Shown one piece after another: positions 15,943 through 23,168 of a stretch of DNA of 32,817 bases. Made by a program: the position numbers and the translations under genes. Under the pieces are notes generated by a model. The model searched no databases, was not told the DNA's origin, and saw only the letters and a program-made list of their open reading frames with translations. Source of the DNA: a virus (Duplodnaviria; Caudoviricetes); IMG/VR virus record IMGVR_UViG_3300016263_000541, positions 1 through 32,817 of that record; one strand, given 5' to 3'. Within the stretch, counting starts at the first letter, position 1; every line of letters begins with the position of its first letter.

Positions 15943-16785
15943 TCACACCTTGCCGTAATCGACGGTGAGATACCCACCAGCCTCGCCGACTGCATCAGGA
16001 TAGACCGCCTGCACTTCCTGCGCCATCAGGCCTATCTTCTTTCCGCCGCCCCAGATGTATTCGAACTCGTAGACAGCCAAGCCATCCGGTCGAGTGCCGA
16101 TCTGCACGACGTTTCGCTTCAGACGTCGGTCGCTGAAGATATTGGAGAAGCCTGGAGTTCCGACCCGAGCGCCATACTGGAGCCCGAGGAACTGCGCCGG
16201 AAGGTTGAGCACGTTCGCAAAAGCCTGTCCGCGCGCAAGCGCGCCACCGGCTTCCGCAGCCCCAGCTTCTCCAAGCAGGCTAGCAACTCGCGCGCCGGTC
16301 TGCATGCCAGCAGTGCCGACGCCTGCGGCCGACTGCTGACCAAGAGACGTCAGGCCAGCGAGCTTCCCGTACTGCGACTCAATTTCGCGCTGGAGCATGA
16401 GCGGTCGAAACTGCGCCAGTGCAGCCTGCACGTTGCCGCCACGCAGTCCGCCAGTGGCAGCGGCCCTTTGCAGGATGGCCTCTTCCCCGGCTCCTACCTG
16501 CGCCTGGAAGCCGGCGCCACTCTCAAGTGCTGAGATAGCTCGCTGCTGAGCTGCTGGCCCACGCAGTCCGATCAACTCCTGCTGCCCACGCAGCGCAGGC
16601 GTTCCCGCCTGCACGTATGGCGCGAGCAATTTCTGAACTTTGTCGAATTGACGACGCTGCTCCGCTACTCCCGCCATCGCGGCAGCAGTTTGCGCTCCGG
16701 CGGCTTCTCCCGCAGCCTCGGCCTGCAAAAGACCTCCGACGAGCTGAGTCCCGCCAACGACAAGCGAGGTCACTGGATCAGGCAC
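15943..16785 (-). CDS. DNA ejection protein (P22 gp7-like) with C-terminal peptidase S74 auto-processing domain
   Basis: GTG at 16785 with SD AAGGAG. Gly/Ala-rich N-terminus, LAPY..AG, AAATGGLRGGN...AL; C-terminal FSDRRLK...YEFEY...GLMAQEV...PDAV...GYL.VDY. Confidence 0.8.
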   Translation of the reverse strand: MPDPVTSLVVGGTQLVGGLLQAEAAGEAAGAQTAAAMAGVAEQRRQFDKVQKLLAPYVQAGTPALRGQQELIGLRGPAAQQRAISALESGAGFQAQVGAGEEAILQRAAATGGLRGGNVQAALAQFRPLMLQREIESQYGKLAGLTSLGQQSAAGVGTAGMQTGARVASLLGEAGAAEAGGALARGQAFANVLNLPAQFLGLQYGARVGTPGFSNIFSDRRLKRNVVQIGTRPDGLAVYEFEYIWGGGKKIGLMAQEVQAVYPDAVGEAGGYLTVDYGKV

Positions 16786-17227
16786 GGCCAAACTCCTTCA
16801 GATAATCTTCAAATGACTCACCGTAGAGTCGCATAACCTGCTCGGAGGCCTTCGTCGCGCACGCAGTTCCGTGGCACGCGGCGATCGCGATGAGGACTAC
16901 ATCGTAAAATCCAGCACGCCACACGAATGAGCGCGCATCGGCCTTGCCGGAGCGCTCAGCCTGATCTGACGCCTGCCACTTCAAGATTGCAGACGCCAGA
17001 ATCGGCGCCAGAGTGTGCGAATTGGCCTGCCAAAACGTGTTCTGGTTCATGCCGACAAGCGTGTTCCAGATCGCGGCGTTCAAGTCTTCACGATCGACGG
17101 GGTCTCCGTCCGCGACATCGTCAAAGACCTGGATGACGCCCCACAGCATTGTCAGCCACTCAACGGCTGGAGCTGGCAGCGCAAAAACCCGCTGCAAGTT
17201 TTCCCTGAGCAAGTCGACATTACTCAT
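16778..17227 (-). CDS. All-helical hypothetical protein with DDxxD motif (isoprenoid synthase/prenyltransferase-like?)
   Basis: QVFDDVADGD; start at 17227 (alternative 17239); occupies the slot just before the first ejection gene. Confidence 0.7.
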   Translation of the reverse strand: MSNVDLLRENLQRVFALPAPAVEWLTMLWGVIQVFDDVADGDPVDREDLNAAIWNTLVGMNQNTFWQANSHTLAPILASAILKWQASDQAERSGKADARSFVWRAGFYDVVLIAIAACHGTACATKASEQVMRLYGESFEDYLKEFGRA

Positions 17228-17286
17228 GAGCGCAACCATCTGCTGGTCGGATGAGCTGCCGGCGGCTCGATAGGCTCAGCGCACGC

Positions 17287-17315
17287 ATTTTGCGCACAAT
17301 TCTACTCCCGGTCAA
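17287..17315 (-). promoter_or_regulatory. Internal sigma70-like promoter in the late region
   Basis: TTGACC(17315-17310)-17 nt-CAAAAT(17292-17287). Confidence 0.5.
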
Positions 17316-17719
17316 TCTTCCTCAAATTCGCGCTCTTCCCAAGCCTGGCAGGAGCGCAAATCGTGGCAGATGAAGTCGAGCTTGTTGCAGTAGCCGCGGA
17401 AACCAGCAGACACGTCCCACTCGTTCCACGGGATGCGGTCCATCTTGATCTGCATCATGACGGAGTTGTCGTAATACTCGCAGTTCGAGCAGCGACGGCG
17501 ACGCGCCTCGGCCTCGTCTACCTGCATGGCCTTGGCCAGCGCCATCCAGTAGGGCTTATTCGCTCCACGCTCGTTGCTTGGGTTGGCTGGGCCGAGCATC
17601 CAGTCGTCGATGGCCGTCTGCGTGTTCTTTCGGTTGTCTGCTGGCGTAATGAATGGCTCCTCGATCGGCAGCCCACCGAATCCAGCAACCATCACCTTCG
17701 GCATCTTTGCGTAGTCCAT
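17312..17719 (-). CDS. Cys-motif protein (HiPIP-like or zinc-binding)
   Basis: RCSNCEYY...GYCNKLDFICHDLRSCQAWE; SD AAGGAG. Confidence 0.75.
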   Translation of the reverse strand: MDYAKMPKVMVAGFGGLPIEEPFITPADNRKNTQTAIDDWMLGPANPSNERGANKPYWMALAKAMQVDEAEARRRRCSNCEYYDNSVMMQIKMDRIPWNEWDVSAGFRGYCNKLDFICHDLRSCQAWEEREFEED

Positions 17720-17729
17720 GTCGATCTCC

Positions 17730-18065
17730 TTACGTGATCTCGCGGCCGGAGACGCGTAGCGTCAGCGCCGTGGCGTTGCTGGCAATAGTGCTGATGAACG
17801 CGCCGGGGTCCAGCTCCTGTCCCACCAGCTCAGGACACAGGTAGGTCTCGCCAGGCACGACGGTGCGGTCGTCAATGATCAGGTTGGAATTGCCAGGGCT
17901 GCCACCAGACTGCACTAGGTTCACGCTGAACGTGCGGTTCACGGTGTCGGTGTTGGTCACCGTGGCCTTGTCGATCAGCGCCTTGGCGGCCGTGGCCGTG
18001 TACTGCGTGGTCTGAACTGCCTCCATCTGCTTAGGAGGGACGAGGGTTTTGACGGTGACGGTCAT
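17730..18065 (-). CDS. Small beta-sandwich virion-associated protein
   Basis: 111 aa, Thr/Val-rich, ends LRVSGREIT; SD AAGGAG. Confidence 0.75.
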   Translation of the reverse strand: MTVTVKTLVPPKQMEAVQTTQYTATAAKALIDKATVTNTDTVNRTFSVNLVQSGGSPGNSNLIIDDRTVVPGETYLCPELVGQELDPGAFISTIASNATALTLRVSGREIT

Positions 18066-18935
18066 TTACTGGACTCCTTGGATGTTGTTGGATACCGTCA
18101 AAATGATTGACGGGATTGATGGGTAGAACGCAGATGCAGGGAAAGCCTCCACCTGAACGCTGATGTCATTGACGGCATACATGATCTCAACATAGTCGCC
18201 AGCCTTCAGCTTGAAGAAGTAGCCGACCGTTACGAGCTGCTCGGCATTGTTGCCTTGGATCTGCACTTGGCTGTTGCTGTCAGGAACATCGACGCCATTG
18301 ATTCGTGGCCAGACCCAGAAGATGCCCGTTCCGCCGCTGGTCTTGTCGAGCTGGATGCTGAACAAGAAGTTGTAGATGCCCTCGGTGTCCACGGTCACGC
18401 GAGACGATGGAGTGCCGAGAAACACGCCATTGCTGACATCAGTCGTGTTGAACGTGATGGCGTATGGCGTGTTGATGGCTGCCGCGATTTGGGTTGTTGT
18501 GTCGTAGAACTGACCATACCGCGCGCGCTTGAACTCTCGCGGAGGTGGCGACATCTGTAGGCCTTCGACGGCCGTTGCCAGTTGGCTCAGCATCGCCAAT
18601 GCCTGGTTGGCTTTGTTCTCTGCCGACGCGATGCTGACAGACGTTTCCTGCGCCAGCATGGAGATCTGGTCCAGCGCCTGCGTGGCTTTCACGTCGCTGA
18701 CAGAGTCAGAGACGGCAGCTTCCTGCGCAAGCGCAGCAATCATGCCGAGCGCCTGAACAGCCTTAGAGTCTGCATTGCCCGCCAGGATCGTGGCGGCCTG
18801 CAAGCTGTCAGGTGCCACCTCGGCCGCAATGGCAAACAGGTTCTCGAACTGCTTGATCTGCTCGTGGTCCTTCAGGAACGTGGCAAGCTGATCTCGTGTG
18901 AGTCCGAGAGGCGGGATGCGTGGATTGATGGCCAT
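18066..18935 (-). CDS. Tail needle-like protein (P22 gp26 position), coiled coil plus C1q/TNF-like knob
   Basis: Repeated KA.QAL..I..LAQE heptads; C-terminal ITFNTTDVSNG...GIYNF.FSIQ...LKAGDYVEI; follows the gp10-like gene. Confidence 0.65.
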   Translation of the reverse strand: MAINPRIPPLGLTRDQLATFLKDHEQIKQFENLFAIAAEVAPDSLQAATILAGNADSKAVQALGMIAALAQEAAVSDSVSDVKATQALDQISMLAQETSVSIASAENKANQALAMLSQLATAVEGLQMSPPPREFKRARYGQFYDTTTQIAAAINTPYAITFNTTDVSNGVFLGTPSSRVTVDTEGIYNFLFSIQLDKTSGGTGIFWVWPRINGVDVPDSNSQVQIQGNNAEQLVTVGYFFKLKAGDYVEIMYAVNDISVQVEAFPASAFYPSIPSIILTVSNNIQGVQ

Positions 18936-20338
18936 TAGTACGCCAGCCCCTCGATCTGCGCCTCAAGGCGCGCAAAGGCGAGGTGAGAGTCGCTGTCCCC
19001 ACGAAAGCGCTGGATGCGCCAGTTGCGCATGTTGCCCTGCTGGAACCAGGCCAGGCGCTTCTTGGTGTTGCCGATGGTGCCGACTCGGATGAATCGGTCC
19101 TGGCTCCACGAGATCCCGTCGAGGGAGTAGCTGGTGCTGATCTGCGGATCGATGCCAAGAGCCACGCGCCCGGTCAACGCCACCAGCTCCAGTTCGTGGA
19201 AGAGCGCGCCATTGCCCTCGTTGTAGACGATCAGCGTGCCGAATTCCCAGCGCACCTTCTGATTCCAATGCGTGCCGATATTGTCGACCAGATAGCCGAT
19301 GCTGCTGGACTGCGGATCTCCGACCAGCCACTTGTCGTAGGCCCAGACCAGATTGCGCGCACGGTACTGTGCGAATCCGGCCGTGGTGGTGGTCAGCGTG
19401 AACCAGACAAACTCTTGAAGTTCCTGAGAAGCAGCACCGTCGTAGACGAGCGTTCGGTCAGGCAGGTGCACGTAGAGGTGCTGATGCGCCTTGTCGTTGC
19501 GCGCCTCAAGCTTGACCGTGGCCAGCTGCACCTCGGTGTAGTTCATCAGAATGTCGTCGATTTCCTGCGTGCTGATCTTGGTCGCCGTGGCGTTTGCGCC
19601 CAAGTAGATGCCTGGCTGCTCGTTGCGGCCGCTGCCAAGGAATGCCACCTGCTCCATGAAAACGCAGCAGCCAAAGGTGCCGATGACGCCCTTCTGGATC
19701 TGCGCGCCATCGACGCGTTGGAACGGAAAGAAGTCACCGCCGACGTTGTCGAACACCTCGATGGTGTTGCGGTTGAGCGCATAGACCTCGTTGCGCAGCT
19801 TGAGCAGCGCCACCACCGGGTCTGGGTCCACTTCGGACGAGCCGTACTTCAGCGGGTTGACCTGAGTCGGATCTGAAAGTTCGGTCACCACTAGGCTAGT
19901 GCCATCGGTGGTCATGAAATAGCCGTCCACCCAAACCACATCTAGCACAACGCCGAGGTCTGGGTCGGTCACCTGCGTCAGTGCGCCGTTCCAGTAATAC
20001 AGGCGGCCACCGGATGCGATGGCCAGGCGATCGAAGCTGTAGTCCATCGTTACCAGCGTGTTGACGGGACCGCCAACGTCGCCCAGCACGGTTACGGTGC
20101 CATTGCTGGCCACGGTCACCAGCTTGGTGCCCATCACGCGGTAACAGATGCCGTTCCAGTTGATGCCGCCACGATCCACGCCAGGCCCACTGCCATTTGC
20201 CACGATGCCATCGCCAGGGCGCAGGAAGCCGGAACTGATGCCGCTGTTTTTCGGCACCGGCACCATGTTCACGGGGTAGCTCGTGCGGAGATCTGGGCCG
20301 TTGTCGGTGAAGATTCCGCTGAGGATCGGGATCTGCAT
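18935..20338 (-). CDS. Tail hub / DNA stabilisation protein (P22 gp10-like)
   Basis: 467 aa; PVNM.P.PK....SGFLR, RG.I.W....YRV.G.KL, DG.F, E.DPD, Y.HLP..TLVYD, IS.S.DG..WS. Confidence 0.85.
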   Translation of the reverse strand: MQIPILSGIFTDNGPDLRTSYPVNMVPVPKNSGISSGFLRPGDGIVANGSGPGVDRGGINWNGICYRVMGTKLVTVASNGTVTVLGDVGGPVNTLVTMDYSFDRLAIASGGRLYYWNGALTQVTDPDLGVVLDVVWVDGYFMTTDGTSLVVTELSDPTQVNPLKYGSSEVDPDPVVALLKLRNEVYALNRNTIEVFDNVGGDFFPFQRVDGAQIQKGVIGTFGCCVFMEQVAFLGSGRNEQPGIYLGANATATKISTQEIDDILMNYTEVQLATVKLEARNDKAHQHLYVHLPDRTLVYDGAASQELQEFVWFTLTTTTAGFAQYRARNLVWAYDKWLVGDPQSSSIGYLVDNIGTHWNQKVRWEFGTLIVYNEGNGALFHELELVALTGRVALGIDPQISTSYSLDGISWSQDRFIRVGTIGNTKKRLAWFQQGNMRNWRIQRFRGDSDSHLAFARLEAQIEGLAY

Positions 20339-20342
20339 TGCC

Positions 20343-20630
20343 TCACCACTTCACGCGGTCGGACCAGTACGCAGCGCTCATCTTGCCCTTGGATATGTTC
20401 TTGGCGTGCCTCGCCTTGAACGACTCGCGCCGCGCCCTTGACGCCTTGCTCTCGCCTTCGCGCTTTGGAGATCCAGAGACTCCCTGCTGGCCGAACCTGA
20501 TCGTCTTGATCTTATCGCCAGCCTTCGCCACGACGACGTGGCTCTTGGTCGGATGCGATGGCGTGCGCTTGGGCTTGTTGAAGCCCTCGACGCCAGCTCG
20601 CTCCAGCCTGGGATCTTTTTTCGTGGCCAT
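20343..20630 (-). CDS. Highly basic conserved phage protein
   Basis: NKPKRTP.HP.KSHVV.AK.G...K.IRFGQQG...RR.SFKARH......KMSAAYW.D.VKW. Confidence 0.75.
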   Translation of the reverse strand: MATKKDPRLERAGVEGFNKPKRTPSHPTKSHVVVAKAGDKIKTIRFGQQGVSGSPKREGESKASRARRESFKARHAKNISKGKMSAAYWSDRVKW

Positions 20631-21838
20631 TATGCAGCCACGCCTTTGATGACCGCAAAATTGAACACAGGCTGCTCAGTTGTCGTCCCTCCGGTCGTGC
20701 GGAATGTGATGTTGAAACTTCCAGTGCCCACAGCGGTCACCATCAAGTCATACAGGTCTGTCCCTGATTTTTGACTCAAGACGATGACATCGGTCGCCGC
20801 CACCGTGCTGTTGGTAACAGTGAAAGTTGTTGCACTGGTTGTGCCTGCTGCACTGAACAGCGTGATTGAACCAGTGGTTTTGTCAATCGTCACGCCAGTC
20901 GTGCGACTGATGGTTTGTGTGACCGTTCCTCCTGCGCCTGTTGCATAGCCAATGCCCGCAGTGCCAGAAGATCTGATGGCTCCAGTGGCCGCCAGACTTG
21001 TGCCTGTGGCTGCACCAATATTCGGGGTGACGAGTGTTGGCGTGTTTGCAAAGACTGCTGCGCCAGTGCCAGTCTCATCAGTCAATGCAGACAACAGCTG
21101 CAAAGATGTGAACGAGCCAAGCGAAGTGGCATTGCCGACCGAAGTTATTGCTCCTGTCAGATTGGCATTTGTGACAACATTACCCGCTGTCAAGCCAGAT
21201 GCTGTGCCAGTAATGTTGGTGCCGACAAGAGCAGAAGGAGTCCCAAGATTTGGAGTGACCAAAGTTGGGCTGGTAGCAAACACCAGTGAGCCTGTGCCTG
21301 TCTCGTCTGTCATTGCAGCGCGAAGATTTGCGCTAGATGGGTTTGCAAGCCAGGTCTGTACGCCAGAGGCGTAAACAGTTTCAGCGTTGATCTGATACCA
21401 AGAATTAGTCGCCTGATAGAACCTGATCGCTGTTGCTGTTCCAGCGGCCAACGAAGTTACACCACCAAAAATAGCAGTCGCACCATTGAGCGCAATCGTC
21501 AGTGATGTGATCTCTTGCGTGGTGGTGATCAGCACCGTGGTGCCATCAGGTACGCCAGTATTCAAAGGCAAGGTGATGGTGCCACTTGCCAATGTTCCAG
21601 CAGGCTGCAAAAGCATCCACTGGTCATTGCTCACTGGCGTTGGCACAGTGATGTTGAATCCCGTTCCCGGAACGTACAGGTTGGTTGACAAGGTTGGAGA
21701 CGCAAACGTCTGCTGGAAGTAGGCCAGAAGCTGACTAATTGGCAGCCGCCGAGCGTCTCCATTGTTCGGGCTGTAGACAGGAACCTGGTCACCAGGAGAA
21801 ACCTGAGACAGAAGCGGAAGCTGATTGATCTGCGGCAT
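20630..21838 (-). CDS. Thr-rich fibre/decoration-like virion protein with internal repeats
   Basis: MPQINQLP N-terminus; repeats TDETGTGSLVFATSPTLVTPNLG and TDETGTGAAVFANTPTLVTPNIG. Confidence 0.75.
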   Translation of the reverse strand: MPQINQLPLLSQVSPGDQVPVYSPNNGDARRLPISQLLAYFQQTFASPTLSTNLYVPGTGFNITVPTPVSNDQWMLLQPAGTLASGTITLPLNTGVPDGTTVLITTTQEITSLTIALNGATAIFGGVTSLAAGTATAIRFYQATNSWYQINAETVYASGVQTWLANPSSANLRAAMTDETGTGSLVFATSPTLVTPNLGTPSALVGTNITGTASGLTAGNVVTNANLTGAITSVGNATSLGSFTSLQLLSALTDETGTGAAVFANTPTLVTPNIGAATGTSLAATGAIRSSGTAGIGYATGAGGTVTQTISRTTGVTIDKTTGSITLFSAAGTTSATTFTVTNSTVAATDVIVLSQKSGTDLYDLMVTAVGTGSFNITFRTTGGTTTEQPVFNFAVIKGVAA

Positions 21839-21851
21839 GACGCGCGCTCCT

Positions 21852-22334
21852 TCAGTTGTATTCGATAGGACCGTCCGGTCCAGCGGTCAGCGGATCGACC
21901 GGCTGGTTCAGGAACGGGTTGTCGTAGACGCGCCACGGCTTGTTGCCAGCGCCAGACGGCATGGTGTTGGGGAACTGCTGCTCAAGCGGGAACGTCGCGC
22001 GCTGGAGCAGAGTGTCATAGCCCTGCTTTGCGGTGGCCTTGGTCTCAACCATCACCTGCTTGCCGTAGCTCGGCGCGAGCCGAATGCCCAGATTGCAGAT
22101 GATGGTCTCGTAAGCCGAGTCCGGCACATTCGTCTGTTCGTCGATGCTGCCGTCCTGCGGGCTGGACGGGATCGGATAGCCGAGCCTGATGCCCTTGCCA
22201 TTCCAGTCCGCCATCATCGCGTCGAGTCTGCGCCTGGCCGACTCAAGCTGCTCAGGCTGGAGATCGAACACATAGGACGCGAGGCCAATCTCCTCGAACG
22301 CCGCGTAGACGAATTGGCGCTTACTATATCCCAT
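21852..22334 (-). CDS. Head-tail adaptor (P22 gp4-like)
   Basis: K...V..A...IGLA...D..PE..E.A...LD.MMA.W...GI.LGY...NL..RLAP.YG...MP.GAGN. Confidence 0.85.
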   Translation of the reverse strand: MGYSKRQFVYAAFEEIGLASYVFDLQPEQLESARRRLDAMMADWNGKGIRLGYPIPSSPQDGSIDEQTNVPDSAYETIICNLGIRLAPSYGKQVMVETKATAKQGYDTLLQRATFPLEQQFPNTMPSGAGNKPWRVYDNPFLNQPVDPLTAGPDGPIEYN

Positions 22335-22350
22335 GTCAGCCTCCTGCCGC

Positions 22351-22782
22351 TTAAGCCAGCGCGGCCTCGATCAACTTTATCAGCTTCCGGTTGGAAGTGC
22401 GCCCATCAAATGAAATACCAAGCTCTTTTGCCTTCGCCGCCAGCTCCTCACGCGTGACCGGAGCATCGTCGTCTGGCGCAGCTCGGAGAACCGACTCCGG
22501 CGCGTGCTTGGATACTGCGTCAGTTGCGACCGGCTTGGCCATACGTCGATTGATGCCGTCCAGCGGCTTGGATGGCCGCCTAGGCGGCTTGGGCCTCACT
22601 CGCCGGATCGGAATGGCGCTGGCTCCGGCAGATTTGATCGCCTCATCGAGAGTGAGGAACCAGCCGGACGCCAGACGCTGATCAAGCTGCGCGGCATTCG
22701 TCACCGCCATCGAATCGTATGTGTAGCGAGCGCGCGCAATGGCGCCCGGAGCGCGGAAGATGAAGCAGGGAAACCGGCTCAT
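22351..22782 (-). CDS. Hypothetical protein with C-terminal HeH/Rho-N-like motif
   Basis: Start MSRFPCF at 22782; C-terminal TREELAAKAKELGISFDGRTSNRKLIKLIEAAL. Confidence 0.7.
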   Translation of the reverse strand: MSRFPCFIFRAPGAIARARYTYDSMAVTNAAQLDQRLASGWFLTLDEAIKSAGASAIPIRRVRPKPPRRPSKPLDGINRRMAKPVATDAVSKHAPESVLRAAPDDDAPVTREELAAKAKELGISFDGRTSNRKLIKLIEAALA

Positions 22783-22946
22783 CGCTTGGATCTCTTTGCC
22801 GTCTTGGCCGCCGCCCTGAATGCGGCATTCGTCGGAGCGCCCTTGCTGCCGGGCTTCCGCATGCGCTCGGGCTTCTTGCCCGCGGCCTTCTGACGCTCGA
22901 TGCGCTCGCGCTTCGCGTGGATGTTGGCGTACAGTCCAGCCTTCAT
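22779..22946 (-). CDS. Small, very basic protein
   Basis: MKAGLYANIHAKRERIERQKAAGKKPERMRKPGSKGAPTNAAFRAAAKTAKRSKR (55 aa, 18 K/R); ATGA-coupled; not in the ORF track. Confidence 0.75.
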   Translation of the reverse strand: MKAGLYANIHAKRERIERQKAAGKKPERMRKPGSKGAPTNAAFRAAAKTAKRSKR

Positions 22947-23113
22947 TTCTTTGCCCTCTTGGGCGCCTTGCCAGGCTTGCCAGCGGCCTTTGCGGCGGTA
23001 CGCGCAACGGAAAGCGCGACAGCGACGGCCTGCTTCTTCGGCGTGCCCTTCTTCATCTCGCGGGAGATGTTCTTCGAGATCGACTTCTGGCTGTAGCCCT
23101 TGGTCAGCGGCAT
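22943..23113 (-). CDS. Small, very basic protein
   Basis: MPLTKGYSQKSISKNISREMKKGTPKKQAVAVALSVARTAAKAAGKPGKAPKRAKK (56 aa, 16 K/R); SD AAGGAGG; not in the ORF track. Confidence 0.8.
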   Translation of the reverse strand: MPLTKGYSQKSISKNISREMKKGTPKKQAVAVALSVARTAAKAAGKPGKAPKRAKK

Positions 23114-23126
23114 GATTTCCTCCTTG

Positions 23127-23152
23127 AAAAAAGGGGGAGCCGAAGCTCCCCC
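23127..23152 (-). terminator. Rho-independent terminator after the capsid gene
   Basis: GGGGGAGC-UUCG-GCUCCCCC followed by U6. Confidence 0.9.
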
Positions 23153-23168
23153 TCCAGTCTGCCGTGAA

